This document shows, piece after piece, positions 18,011 through 27,244 of a stretch of 64,000 bases of DNA. Location: positions 1 to 64,000 of IMG/VR virus record IMGVR_UViG_3300037518_000322; one strand, written 5' to 3'. The translations under genes and the position numbers were made by a program. This stretch comes from a virus. Numbering within the stretch: the first letter of the stretch is position 1; each line of letters opens with the position of its first letter. The notes beneath the pieces were generated by a model, which searched no databases, was not told the DNA's origin, and worked only from the letters and a program-made list of their open reading frames with translations.

Positions 18011-18994
18011 TCAGGCCTCCCCGTCGGGCTGCGCCGGGGCAGCGGGCGCGGTGCGGCAGGTGATGGGCGCCTCGCTGCTGATCCGATCGGTGAGCGGCAG
18101 TTCGAACGGCGTCCGGCCGCAGCAGGGGGTGAGGCCGGAGCCGTCCGGCGGGCAGCCGTGGATGACCTCGCGCGCCTCGGGCTGTGTCTCGTCGGCCATG
18201 CGGCGCGCGATGTCTCGCAAGGCATCGGCGGCATCGGCGCGAGCGTCGCAGGAAGCACACGGCTTGCCCTGCCCGCAGCCCTCGTTCATCGCCTCCACGG
18301 TGTCCGCAGTCTCGCGCAGCACGGCGGCCTGGTCGATGCTCGCGGGCAGCATGGCCAACACCGCGTCCAGCAGCGGCGCTGACGGGTTCCACGCCTCCGG
18401 GCTGTCGACGAGCAGCGTCTTGGCCATCCCGAGCGCGGCGTAGCCCTTGGCACACAGGTCGTGCTTCGGGTCCAAGGGCTCGCAGCAAATCCACTCGGCA
18501 ACGATGTGGTGCTCGGCGACCGCCCACAGCTTCGTGGACAGCACGGCCCGGTCTGTGGTCGCGAGCAGCCTCGACAGCGCCGCGTCGGCCATGTGCTCGA
18601 CCGCTTCGGCTTCGGTCATGCCGCCGAGTCCGTTGCGGCGGGCGTCGTGCAGCGCTTCGATGATCTGCTGACGCAATGCGGCCCGGTCTGTGGCAGGCGC
18701 AGGCCCGGCAGGCACGGCGGCGGCAGGCACGTAGGTCTCCGCGAAGATGTCGGCGCGTACTGGATAGAATTCGCCCTTCACGCCGCGCACCACCCAGTCG
18801 CCGGGCCGCGCGACCATGTCGCCCTCCAGCGTGGGGATGACGAGCATGGCCTTGGGCTCACGGAAGGTGCTGCCGAGCCAGCCTCCGCACCATGCGGCGA
18901 TCTCACGGGCGGGTTGCCCGTCGTCGCTGCCGAGGAGTTGGCGGGCTTCGATCTCGACGGGGCGTTTACGGAAGCGGGCGGGTGTCTCGGTCAT
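18011..18994 (-). CDS. Hypothetical phage protein with N-terminal RKRPVEIEA...TLEG...PGDW...GEFYP domain
   Basis: Widespread phage domain recognisable from these motifs. Confidence 0.7.
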   Translation of the reverse strand: MTETPARFRKRPVEIEARQLLGSDDGQPAREIAAWCGGWLGSTFREPKAMLVIPTLEGDMVARPGDWVVRGVKGEFYPVRADIFAETYVPAAAVPAGPAPATDRAALRQQIIEALHDARRNGLGGMTEAEAVEHMADAALSRLLATTDRAVLSTKLWAVAEHHIVAEWICCEPLDPKHDLCAKGYAALGMAKTLLVDSPEAWNPSAPLLDAVLAMLPASIDQAAVLRETADTVEAMNEGCGQGKPCASCDARADAADALRDIARRMADETQPEAREVIHGCPPDGSGLTPCCGRTPFELPLTDRISSEAPITCRTAPAAPAQPDGEA

Positions 18995-19218
18995 GGTGCA
19001 CCGGCCTTGATCTCGTCCATGCTGATCTCTTCCAGTTTGAGTCCCATGGCTACGGCCTGGGGGCAGTTGGCGACGTCGAGCTTGGTGAAGATGCGGGTGA
19101 TGACGCTCTCGACGACGCGGCGGCTCATGCGCAGTTCCCCGGCAGCCTGTTCGCTGGTGTAGCCGTTGGCTTTGAGCAGCAGGACTTCCCGTTCCTGCTC
19201 GGAGAGTTTCCCGCTCAT
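18991..19218 (-). CDS. LuxR-type HTH protein
   Basis: LSEQEREVLLLKANGYTSEQAAGEL...VITRIFTKLDV. Confidence 0.8.
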   Translation of the reverse strand: MSGKLSEQEREVLLLKANGYTSEQAAGELRMSRRVVESVITRIFTKLDVANCPQAVAMGLKLEEISMDEIKAGAP

Positions 19219-19478
19219 GTCGTCTCCCCTGGGATGGTCGGCAGGTCGAGTGCGCGTACGGTGTCGCACGGGTGTTCGATGAGGAGGCCGATGGGGCGCT
19301 GGTGCATTTCGTCCCACTGGGAGCAGTGGGTACAGATGGTGAAGGATCCCCACGGTGTGGGCCGGTGCAGGTCGTACACGCGTTTCAGCGCCAGTACGGC
19401 GTGTGCGACGGCGGCCTCGTTGGCTTTCTTCGCGGCGGCCTTGAGGCGGAGGTAGGCCGGGCTCTCGGGCTGGCTCAT
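19215..19478 (-). CDS. Hypothetical protein (LH...CxxC...PC motif)
   Basis: MSQPESPAY...LHRP...CTHC...HPCDT. Confidence 0.65.
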   Translation of the reverse strand: MSQPESPAYLRLKAAAKKANEAAVAHAVLALKRVYDLHRPTPWGSFTICTHCSQWDEMHQRPIGLLIEHPCDTVRALDLPTIPGETT

Positions 19479-19717
19479 GCGGTGGTGTCTTTCCGTGGTT
19501 CGGCCCAGATGGCGGTGACGAAGAGCCGTGCACCGCACAGGGCGAGGATGCGTTCGGCCCAGTCGAGCGTGAGTGTTGCGCGACCGCTGAGCATCTGGCT
19601 CATGTGCTTGGTCGACAGGCCGACCCTGCGGGCGGCTTCGGCCTGGCTGAGGAACGCGCGGGCCAGGGCACTGCGGACGATCATGCGGAGTTGCTCTTCG
19701 GCGGATGGACGGCTCAT
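19475..19717 (-). CDS. XRE-family HTH protein
   Basis: LSQAEAARRVGLSTKHMSQMLSG. Confidence 0.8.
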   Translation of the reverse strand: MSRPSAEEQLRMIVRSALARAFLSQAEAARRVGLSTKHMSQMLSGRATLTLDWAERILALCGARLFVTAIWAEPRKDTTA

Positions 19718-19959
19718 GCGGCGGTGTCCTCGTGTTCATCGGGTATCTCGATGTCGCTTACGCGTAGTTCGCCGGTGATGAGGGCGATGCATGCGCCCTG
19801 GACGCCGTTGGACGCACCGAGATTGCGGTAGGCACGTGTCAGGATGCCGGAGACAGTGTCCGCGCGCAGATGAAGCCGGGTGGCGATCTGGGCGTTGGTG
19901 TACCCGTTGGCTCTGAGGGTGAGGATTTCCCATTGCCGGGGGGTGAGCCGGGGTGTCAT
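19714..19959 (-). CDS. LuxR-type HTH protein
   Basis: LTPRQWEILTLRANGYTNAQIATRLHL...LTRAYRNLGA. Confidence 0.8.
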   Translation of the reverse strand: MTPRLTPRQWEILTLRANGYTNAQIATRLHLRADTVSGILTRAYRNLGASNGVQGACIALITGELRVSDIEIPDEHEDTAA

Positions 19960-20207
19960 TCCTGGTCCTCGGGGATGCGTTCGGCCCACCATGTCCAGGT
20001 GAGCGGTACCAGTGAGACGCCGGTGAGCAGGACGCCCCACCACATGTCGATGGCGGCGGCCCAGATGAGGGCTCCCGTGGCGGCGATGGCGCACATCCCG
20101 GCGGCGTCGGAGTAGCTGATCCAGTCCAGGAACTTGTAGAGGATCAGCGCGGCGGCGAACAGGGCCAGGATGACGGCGAACAGGACGCCTTCGGTGGGGG
20201 TGAGCAT
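19956..20207 (-). CDS. Membrane protein
   Basis: MLTPTEG...; about three hydrophobic helices; AAGGAG RBS. Confidence 0.65.
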   Translation of the reverse strand: MLTPTEGVLFAVILALFAAALILYKFLDWISYSDAAGMCAIAATGALIWAAAIDMWWGVLLTGVSLVPLTWTWWAERIPEDQE

Positions 20208-20233
20208 CAGTGCTGCTCCTTGAAGATGACGGC

Positions 20234-20264
20234 GGGGAGCCCCCACCTGAAGTGGGGGCTCCCC
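20234..20264 (-). terminator. Stable hairpin downstream of the vWA gene
   Basis: GGGGAGCCCCCAC-5 nt-GTGGGGGCTCCCC, perfect 13-bp stem; no U-tract. Confidence 0.55.
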
Positions 20265-20274
20265 GTGCAGGAGG

Positions 20275-21399
20275 TCACTTGGTGAGGACCATGACCGACG
20301 AGCCGATGAACAGGTGCCGGTTCAGCGAGGTCGACTCCACGTAGATCTTGTACGCCGGGTTGAAGTCCGGCTTGATGGTCTTGGTCTCTTCCGGCAGGCC
20401 GAGCATCCCGCGCACGCCGTCGCCGACGAACACCTTGTCGGACTTGGCTTCCATCACGGCGAGGCGCTTGTTGCCCTTGATGCGCTCCGTCTTGACGAGC
20501 TCGTAGTACGTCTTGCCGACACGGAACGGCGGGTGCACACGGCTGACGAACGGTTCGATCTCGACGTAGGAGACCATCGGCGGGCTGGGTTCCTTCTTCG
20601 TGGGCCGCTTGCTGGGCTTCTCCTGAACGAGTCCCTGGATGCGGGTGACCGGCACGATCGCGTAGTCGCCGGTGGGCAGCGGCTTGAGGTGGGCGGCCTT
20701 GATCGCGTTCGCGTCCACGTTGCCGCCGACGAACAGGGACTTGGAACCACGTGCGCCGGTGGCGTGGCTGATCATCCACTGGTCGGTGGTCTGGCGCATG
20801 ATGGAGCCGACTTCTTCGACGCCTCGCTTGGTGGTGGCGTCCCAGCGCTGGATGTTGCCGGAGGGGAAGCCGAAGTTGACTGCCTGCTCGACGCTGCGCA
20901 GATCGGGCACGAACGCGGCGACGGTCCAGTTGTCTTCCAGGCCGTTGATCTTGTGGGCGAGTTGCCTGCTGGACCGTTTCGACATGTTCTCGTAGCCGTC
21001 GGTGACGGCATAGACGAGGAAGCGGTGCTGGCCGTGGATCTGCGGTGTGAGGGCGAGTTCTTCGATGGCGGTGAGTGTCGCGTCGATGAGGGGGGTGCCG
21101 CCTGCGGGTTCGTAGCGGCCCTTGAGTGTGAGGTCGCGCAGGTCGCCCCGGTCGTAGAACTGGCAGCGGACGTTGCCGTCGGGGTGCCCATGGGCCAGGA
21201 GGTACCCGGGGGCGTTGAAGGTGTAGACGGTGACGCGGTTCTCGTGGTCGGCGCCTTCGGCCCGCTCTGCGAGGTCGGCGATCTGTGCGTCCACGACCTT
21301 GATGACGGTGTCGGTGAGACCGAGCTGGTCGATCGACGCGGACTCGTCGATGACCAGTGCGACGTGGCGGATGAAGCCCTGTTCTCTGTTGCCTGACAC
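20275..21399 (-). CDS. von Willebrand factor A (vWA) domain protein
   Basis: MIDAS-like VIDESAS, GGTPLIDA, VTDGYEN; C-terminal GKTYYELVK...STSLNR domain. Confidence 0.85.
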   Translation of the reverse strand: MSGNREQGFIRHVALVIDESASIDQLGLTDTVIKVVDAQIADLAERAEGADHENRVTVYTFNAPGYLLAHGHPDGNVRCQFYDRGDLRDLTLKGRYEPAGGTPLIDATLTAIEELALTPQIHGQHRFLVYAVTDGYENMSKRSSRQLAHKINGLEDNWTVAAFVPDLRSVEQAVNFGFPSGNIQRWDATTKRGVEEVGSIMRQTTDQWMISHATGARGSKSLFVGGNVDANAIKAAHLKPLPTGDYAIVPVTRIQGLVQEKPSKRPTKKEPSPPMVSYVEIEPFVSRVHPPFRVGKTYYELVKTERIKGNKRLAVMEAKSDKVFVGDGVRGMLGLPEETKTIKPDFNPAYKIYVESTSLNRHLFIGSSVMVLTK

Positions 21400-21445
21400 G
21401 CGAGGTGCCTTCCTTGTCGGTGGTGGTGCAGATGGTGCGCTGATG

Positions 21446-21919
21446 CTAGTCCTGGTCGGGTTGACGCGGCATTACTTCTCCGTGTTTCTGTGCGGCCCGG
21501 ATGATCTGGACGGACCACAGCGGTGTGAGGGGGATCCGGCCGTGCAGCATGCGGGTGATGGACCAGCGGGAGACGCCGGTGCGCTTCGCGATCTGGAGAC
21601 TGGAGGCGCCGCTGACAAGGACGGCGTGCCGGGTGCGGTTCAGCCGGTTTTCCTCCTCGTCGTCCCCCTGGACGGGGCCGGTGACGATGTAGTGGCCGTC
21701 CCCGTCGCGGGAGACGATCAGTCGGTCTTCCTTCAGTACCCGCAGTGCGTTGCGTACGACGCTGCGCTTGGCGTTGTACAGGGCTTCCAGCTCGGTGATG
21801 GACGGCAGCCGTTCCTGTGAGCTGTACAGGCCCATCTCGATGTGCTCGTGTATGAGGCGTGCGAGCTTGTGGTAGGCGGCGTTCGGGTAGTGCCTTCGTT
21901 GCTTTTGTCTGGTGTTCAT
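21446..21919 (-). CDS. GntR-family winged-helix regulator with second C-terminal HTH
   Basis: AYHKLARLI...RLPSITEL...RSVVRNALRVLKEDRLI; IAKRTGVSRWSITRML. Confidence 0.8.
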   Translation of the reverse strand: MNTRQKQRRHYPNAAYHKLARLIHEHIEMGLYSSQERLPSITELEALYNAKRSVVRNALRVLKEDRLIVSRDGDGHYIVTGPVQGDDEEENRLNRTRHAVLVSGASSLQIAKRTGVSRWSITRMLHGRIPLTPLWSVQIIRAAQKHGEVMPRQPDQD

Positions 21920-22251
21920 CAGCTCTCACTCGGGATCGTGAACCAGCCCGGCCCCTGGACGATCTCCAGGCCGAACTGGTCGGCGGCGGCGAAGAGGTCA
22001 TGGTTCCACCGGTCCCGCTGCCACTTGGGTGCCTGCGGGATCACGCCGGAGTGGCAGACGAGCTCACCGGGTTCGATCTTGGTCCACTCCCGGGCGAGGA
22101 AGATCATGTGCCGGTTGTAGGCACCGGCCCTGAAGACGCCGACTTCGCCGTTGTTGAGGCACTGGCCGATGTCCTCCTCCATGGCGGACCAGTCGGTGTC
22201 GTCGGGAACGCGTACACCGTAGATGTGGTACATGGTCCGGTGGATGCTCAT
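21919..22251 (-). CDS. Hypothetical protein
   Basis: MSIHRTMYHIYGV...; TGATG coupling. Confidence 0.65.
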   Translation of the reverse strand: MSIHRTMYHIYGVRVPDDTDWSAMEEDIGQCLNNGEVGVFRAGAYNRHMIFLAREWTKIEPGELVCHSGVIPQAPKWQRDRWNHDLFAAADQFGLEIVQGPGWFTIPSES

Positions 22252-22628
22252 CAGGAGAACTCCCCGTCGCAGAAGTCGTATCCGTCGCTGTCGAAGTGGT
22301 TGCTCTGGAGATGGTCGTACAGGTCGGTCATGCCCCTCTCGACCCATGCGGCACGTTCGTCGGGCCGGTCGTCGAGGTGGCTGCGGTGCCCCTGCTTGAT
22401 CTCGATCAGCTCCAGCAGTTCCTTCTCACTGACCGTCCGGCCGTACTCGTCCTCGATGTGGGCGCCCTGGTCGAGGTCGGCGATCAGCATCGCCTTCCAG
22501 ACGGTGTACGCCTTTTCACGTCCCCACTCCGGCGGGGCGTAGAAGCCGAACTTCCAGCCGACCGACGACTTCCCCAGGTGCCGGGTGAAGCGGTCGGGGT
22601 GCCCCTTCGTGTAGTAGTTGGTACCCAT
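22251..22628 (-). CDS. Hypothetical phage protein (MGTNYY...HLGKSSVGW family)
   Basis: Recognisable conserved phage motif; GAGGAG RBS. Confidence 0.7.
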   Translation of the reverse strand: MGTNYYTKGHPDRFTRHLGKSSVGWKFGFYAPPEWGREKAYTVWKAMLIADLDQGAHIEDEYGRTVSEKELLELIEIKQGHRSHLDDRPDERAAWVERGMTDLYDHLQSNHFDSDGYDFCDGEFS

Positions 22629-22629
22629 G

Positions 22630-22881
22630 TCACGGCTCCTCGGTCTTGTGCGGGGGATTCCATTCGTTGGGGTTGCCGCCCCGGTGGATCCAGTCACGGC
22701 GGCGTTCGTCCTCGGGCCGCTCCATGAGGCGGTTGAGGATCTGGTCGTCCTGGGGGCTGGAACTCAGTGCCCACACGAGTGCGAGGAGGGCTCCTTCGAC
22801 GGCGGCATCCCAGCCGTTCTCGAAGATGTCGTTGTTGAGAAGGTGGTGCATGCGGATGATGTCGTCGTTGCTCCTCATCAC
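22630..22881 (-). CDS. Hypothetical protein
   Basis: 83 aa, coupled start. Confidence 0.6.
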   Translation of the reverse strand: MMRSNDDIIRMHHLLNNDIFENGWDAAVEGALLALVWALSSSPQDDQILNRLMERPEDERRRDWIHRGGNPNEWNPPHKTEEP

Positions 22882-23399
22882 GCGTCACCCTGGGCGTGGA
22901 TCTGCCGCGCCAGGCTCCGGCACGCGTCCTGGATGTAGGCGAGGTCGCGGTACGTTTCGGCCAAGATGCCCACGCTGAGCTCCTGGCGCTTCTGCTCCAG
23001 GTGTGGTGCGATCCGGCGCAGCAGTGCTTCGCTGGCGGGCTTCTTGTCCCAGGCGTGGCCGCAGTCGAAGCCGAGCCAGTACACGTGGTCCGGCTCGCCG
23101 GGGCCCGGTGTGTGGCAGATGCCCTTGGATTCGTCGCCGGTGTTCTCGCAGAACGTGGCGAGGTTCAGGCCGCCGTGCACACCGTCGGGCAGCTCGATGG
23201 CGAACGGGTCGGCCTTGTGCCAGGGGTGCCCTTCGGACACGCCGACGTAGCCGCACCAGGATCCGCTCATTCGGCTGCGGACGGCGAGGCAGGGCAGTGT
23301 GGTGGCCTCATCCGTCCACTGGACCTTGTCGGGCTCGTCCTGCCAGGGGCCCTCTCCCCATGTCGACTTGTCGATGGTGGTCCACTGCTTGGTTTCCAT
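22878..23399 (-). CDS. Conserved hypothetical phage protein
   Basis: WCGYVGV...HPW...VHGGL...WLGFDCGH motif family. Confidence 0.75.
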   Translation of the reverse strand: METKQWTTIDKSTWGEGPWQDEPDKVQWTDEATTLPCLAVRSRMSGSWCGYVGVSEGHPWHKADPFAIELPDGVHGGLNLATFCENTGDESKGICHTPGPGEPDHVYWLGFDCGHAWDKKPASEALLRRIAPHLEQKRQELSVGILAETYRDLAYIQDACRSLARQIHAQGDA

Positions 23400-23400
23400 G

Positions 23401-23676
23401 TCAGCTTCCTTCGGGGTTCAGGAGCGGCGGAGCGAGGATCACCCGCACCACCGTGACGATCACCAGGGCGTCGTTGATGGAGTAGGTGATCAGGATCTTC
23501 GGGGTAATGCCGATGTCCCGGTAGGTGGCGTTGTCCTGCCGGATGGCGAAGGACTGCTCGTGGTAGGGGTTCTCCTTCAGAACCTCGATGCCCTTGAAGA
23601 AGTAGGGACGCTCCTCCTCGGGGATCTTCTTGATCGCTTCCAGGGCGACTTCGGTGTAGGCGATCTCGTAGCTCAT
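23401..23676 (-). CDS. RelE/ParE-family toxin-like protein
   Basis: YEIAYTEVALEAIKKIP...IEVLKENP...YR...ILITYSI...VTVVRV. Confidence 0.75.
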   Translation of the reverse strand: MSYEIAYTEVALEAIKKIPEEERPYFFKGIEVLKENPYHEQSFAIRQDNATYRDIGITPKILITYSINDALVIVTVVRVILAPPLLNPEGS

Positions 23677-23685
23677 GGGGCTCCT

Positions 23686-23847
23686 TCAGTCCTCTGGGTT
23701 GTGGACGTGGTGCTGGGTGCGCATCGACACATCGACGTGCTGGTATCCGAGATCCTTCACCGCGTCTTCGATGGCGTCCTGCACGAAGAGCGGATCTTCC
23801 TCCTCATCGTTGAAGTCGACGAGGGTGACGAGGTAGGCGATGGTCAT
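23686..23847 (-). CDS. Small acidic hypothetical protein
   Basis: MTIAYLVTLVDFNDEEED...; GAGGA RBS. Confidence 0.55.
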   Translation of the reverse strand: MTIAYLVTLVDFNDEEEDPLFVQDAIEDAVKDLGYQHVDVSMRTQHHVHNPED

Positions 23848-23848
23848 G

Positions 23849-24136
23849 TCAGTCCTCGTTGTTCTCGCGCTGACCCGGTACGCCGGGGTTGGTGCGGGCT
23901 CGCCAGGCACTGCCGAATTTCTTCTTGTCGGACCGACGGGCCACGCTCGTGTAGTGGAAGGCATCGCACCGTGTGCACCGGTAGACGTGCATCGTTCCCC
24001 GGAACCTTGAACGTGCGTCACCGCGACGGAACTCGGTGCGGAAGATCTTGCGGGCTTCGTCGGCGGATGCGAACTTCTGCTTCCCCGAAGGGCAACTGCG
24101 TGCCCAGCCGGGGATCTCCCCCAGAATGTTGTCCAT
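23849..24136 (-). CDS. Zinc-finger hypothetical protein
   Basis: CPSGKQKF...YRCTRCDAFHYTS; GGGAGG RBS. Confidence 0.7.
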   Translation of the reverse strand: MDNILGEIPGWARSCPSGKQKFASADEARKIFRTEFRRGDARSRFRGTMHVYRCTRCDAFHYTSVARRSDKKKFGSAWRARTNPGVPGQRENNED

Positions 24137-24148
24137 GTGTCCTCCCTG

Positions 24149-24349
24149 TCATATGTCGAACAGGCCGTCTTGTTCGCCAGCGTATCCGGGCTCTCCGGGC
24201 TGGATGTGGTGTCTGGTCAGGGATCCGGGGCATGACTTGAGGTCTGGGGTGCGGCCCTCGGGCGGATCGTGCCGGGAGAGCCTGAGCGCCACCGGGTAGA
24301 CGGCGACGTCCCGTGCGCACGCGGGGCAGTCGGTGCGGGGGTAGGACAT
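24149..24349 (-). CDS. Zinc-finger hypothetical protein
   Basis: CPAC...RH...CPGS. Confidence 0.65.
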   Translation of the reverse strand: MSYPRTDCPACARDVAVYPVALRLSRHDPPEGRTPDLKSCPGSLTRHHIQPGEPGYAGEQDGLFDI

Positions 24350-24540
24350 CAGACTCCTCCGGTTGCGTAGAGCCAGAGCGCACCGAGCACACCCCAGATC
24401 ACGATGATCTGGACAGCACCGAGAAGCAGACCGACGCGACCCAGTTCACTGCGTGCCATCGGGATGACGTAGGTGCCTGGCCAGAGGATCAGCAACGCCG
24501 TCAGGAGCCCGGCGCCCATCCAGACGAAGATGTACAGCAT
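24349..24540 (-). CDS. Small membrane protein
   Basis: MLYIFVW...; two TM segments; resembles its neighbour (RSELGR vs RSGLGR, VIWGV vs TIWGV). Confidence 0.6.
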   Translation of the reverse strand: MLYIFVWMGAGLLTALLILWPGTYVIPMARSELGRVGLLLGAVQIIVIWGVLGALWLYATGGV

Positions 24541-24728
24541 CAGACCACCTTGGTTGCGAGGAGCCAGAGCAGGGTGACTACTCCCCAGATCGTGATGACC
24601 AGGAGGGCGCCGATGAGCGGGAGGGCGCGTCCGAGTCCGCTGCGTGTCAGCGAGACGACGTAACGGCCTGACCCGGTGATCAGCAGTGTGGTGAAAAGGG
24701 CGGCGATCAGCCAGCCGACGGTTTCCAC
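24540..24728 (-). CDS. Small membrane protein
   Basis: Two TM segments; AAGGA RBS. Confidence 0.6.
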   Translation of the reverse strand: METVGWLIAALFTTLLITGSGRYVVSLTRSGLGRALPLIGALLVITIWGVVTLLWLLATKVV

Positions 24729-24965
24729 TCAATCCTTCTTCCTTGTCAGATGGACGTCCGAGCGACAAAATCCCAGGTCAGGGCACGTGACGGAAATCAC
24801 ACGCAGGTCGCGTCGGACATATGAAGACGATTCGGAATGCACCTTTTAATCATCGTGTACGCTGGCCCCATATACTGATTGTCGCGAGCCCACGCCAAAG
24901 CCCCGCCCGGATCCCGGACGGGGCTTCGTGCTGTCTGCGTCTCTCCTCGGCAGGAGACCACCACC

Positions 24966-25577
24966 ATGACCACCCAGCCCTTCGGCGAACGCGCCCTCAT
25001 CACCGACGAAGACTTCCTCCCCGAGGAAACCCCCGACGGCTACCCCAAGTACCACAACTATAAGCGCGACCGGGAAGCCGCCCGCCTCAAAGCCATGGGC
25101 TGGTCGCTGGACGAGATCGCCGAACACCTCTCCCTCACCGACCGGCGCACTGGCGAGGCAGACCCCCGCCGCGCCGCAAAGGCCGTCCAGCGCGGACTCT
25201 CCCTGGTCCACCAGACCAGCATCGATGAGAAGCGCCTGGAGCAGCTCCAGGCCCTGGAGATGATGAAGCGCCACATCTGGGAATCCATGGACCACGAACA
25301 CGTCCTGGTCCAGCAAGGACGCGTCGTCCTCAAAGACGGACTGCCCATCGAGGACCGCCGTTTCGCCCTGGAATGCATGGACCGCCTGGTCCGCATCGAG
25401 TCCACCATCATGGACCTCGTCGGCACCAAGGCCGCCCAGCGCTTCTCCGTGGAAGCCGACCAGATCGGCTCCGACATCGCCCAGCTCATCTCCCTCATCA
25501 ACGCCGACGACACCATCCAGGCCACCGTCGAACGCCTCGACACCCCGGCCCTCGACACGGGAGACGACGATGAGTGA
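24966..25577 (+). CDS. HTH protein, probable terminase small subunit
   Basis: RDREAARLKAMGWSLDEIAEHL HTH plus helical RL..I...L.G pattern of actinophage terS-like proteins; first gene of the rightward block. Confidence 0.6.
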   Translation: MTTQPFGERALITDEDFLPEETPDGYPKYHNYKRDREAARLKAMGWSLDEIAEHLSLTDRRTGEADPRRAAKAVQRGLSLVHQTSIDEKRLEQLQALEMMKRHIWESMDHEHVLVQQGRVVLKDGLPIEDRRFALECMDRLVRIESTIMDLVGTKAAQRFSVEADQIGSDIAQLISLINADDTIQATVERLDTPALDTGDDDE

Positions 25578-25734
25578 CGACGACGGCCTGCCCGAAGCGC
25601 CACTCACCCGGCTCGATGAGAACGCGGCCAGCCTCCACGAGATGTACATGGCCTACATGGACGCCGGATTCGACGAGGAACGCGCCTTCAGCCTCGCCAC
25701 CACCATCCTGCTCCACTACCTGGACAGCGACTGA
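25570..25734 (+). CDS. Small hypothetical phage protein, 54 aa
   Basis: MSDDDG...LHEMYMAYMDAGFDEERAF; below the ORF-track cutoff; coupled at both ends. Confidence 0.6.
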   Translation: MSDDDGLPEAPLTRLDENAASLHEMYMAYMDAGFDEERAFSLATTILLHYLDSD

Positions 25735-26018
25735 TGAGCGATGACGGTGTCTACCGCGAGCGGGCCCACCTGCTCGCCCACCTCGCCGCCGTCTACCCCT
25801 CGCACTTTCAGACGGACCCCAACGAGCCCGACTGGCCTGTGCTGTTCATCAGTCTCCCCACCGGACAGGCATGCTGGCACATCGCGCCGGATGACCTCGA
25901 TCTGTTCCCCCACGTCGACAGCGGCGGAGACACCTGGGACGGACACACCACCGAGACGAAGTACCGGCGCCTGGACCACGCCACACGGATCAAAGCCGAC
26001 GGAACCTGGGTCAACTGA
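25734..26018 (+). CDS. WDGH-motif phage protein
   Basis: YRERAHL...LPTGQACWHI...WDGHTT. Confidence 0.7.
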   Translation: MSDDGVYRERAHLLAHLAAVYPSHFQTDPNEPDWPVLFISLPTGQACWHIAPDDLDLFPHVDSGGDTWDGHTTETKYRRLDHATRIKADGTWVN

Positions 26019-27065
26019 TCACATCAGTCCCTCCGTTACGCTCTCCTGGTCTTCGGGCCGGTTGTATCGGTGCACCTGAGTGCCCTTCACCGACCAGCCG
26101 CCATGCTGCGCGATCTGCATGGACGGCTTGCCCACCCGGAACGCCGCCGTCGCCCCGGACGCCCGCGTCGAGTGGGCACGGTAGGTACGCCCCGACGGCG
26201 CCGTGATCCCCGCATCCGCGATGGCGGCCTTCACGACCCGCCCCAGCCACTCACCTTCAAGGCGGTAGTCGAGGATCCCGTAATTGAGCGGTGTGGTGTT
26301 CCTGCGCACCTGCCGGAACAGCGGCCCGTCCCGAATGCCCCTGGAACTAAGGGTGTTCACCCACTCCCGCAGTGCGCCGACGGCATCCGACATCGGGTGC
26401 GCGCCAGGGTCGACGACGACGTTGCGTCCCCGTGCGCGCTGGTCCTCCTTGGACTTGGCGACGTAGAGGACGACCTTGCCCCGGTTGAAGTGAATGTCAC
26501 CGATGTCGAGTCCCACGAGCTGAGAGCGCCGTGCGAACGCACCGGTGGCCAGCAGCAGCCCGGCCCGGTCACGGATACCAAGAGCAGTGCCACCCGGGAT
26601 GGTCGCGACCATCGTCCGTAGCTGTTCGATGGTGTAGGTGGCCGCCTCATCAGGACGCCACCCGGACTCGATGAGCATCCGCCGGTAGCCAGCCACGATC
26701 CGCCAGGAATCCTCCCGGTCCGGCATGTGACGCTCAGCCACGTTGTAGTAGTTCTTGTGGAAGAACACCACGGCGGAGATGCCCTGCTCGATGACCGTCT
26801 GTGAGTTCCCGGCCGTGCAACGGTCGGCCACCCAGTTCGTCAGATGGTCCGTCAGCACCGGCACGGGGTTGATGTCACGCTGCTCGCACCAGGCGAGGAA
26901 CTTGACCCATTCACGCTTGTACGCCTGGTACGTCTGTTTCGGGACGGATCGGTGAAGCCAGTCTTTGGCCTCGCCGGTCAGGCGGGTCCGACGGGCCGGA
27001 AGCTGAGCCGATGGCTCGTCAGATTCTTCGCTGTAAGCGATTCTGACGATCTGGGCGCCCGTCAC
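26019..27065 (-). CDS. Tyrosine recombinase, Cre-like (core-binding plus catalytic domains, no arm-binding domain seen)
   Basis: TYQAYKREWVKFLAWC; RDRAGLLL...ARRSQL; SKEDQ; AHSTRASGAT; GGW; RY. Confidence 0.88.
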   Translation of the reverse strand: MTGAQIVRIAYSEESDEPSAQLPARRTRLTGEAKDWLHRSVPKQTYQAYKREWVKFLAWCEQRDINPVPVLTDHLTNWVADRCTAGNSQTVIEQGISAVVFFHKNYYNVAERHMPDREDSWRIVAGYRRMLIESGWRPDEAATYTIEQLRTMVATIPGGTALGIRDRAGLLLATGAFARRSQLVGLDIGDIHFNRGKVVLYVAKSKEDQRARGRNVVVDPGAHPMSDAVGALREWVNTLSSRGIRDGPLFRQVRRNTTPLNYGILDYRLEGEWLGRVVKAAIADAGITAPSGRTYRAHSTRASGATAAFRVGKPSMQIAQHGGWSVKGTQVHRYNRPEDQESVTEGLM

Positions 27066-27244
27066 GAACCCTGCTCAATGAGCCTGGCCGCGATGGCCGC
27101 GATCTCCTCGCCGATCATGTCGGCCGCCTCCTGTCCGAACCGCTCGACGTTCCGTGTATCCCCCGACCATCCGGCGGACACTGCGGATTCGAGGATGAAT
27201 CCGGCGCGGAACTTCGCCTCCCGCTTGATGTCGCGGCGGTTCAT
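27062..27244 (-). CDS. Small hypothetical protein
   Basis: MNRRDIKRE...; AAGGAGG RBS. Confidence 0.6.
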   Translation of the reverse strand: MNRRDIKREAKFRAGFILESAVSAGWSGDTRNVERFGQEAADMIGEEIAAIAARLIEQGS

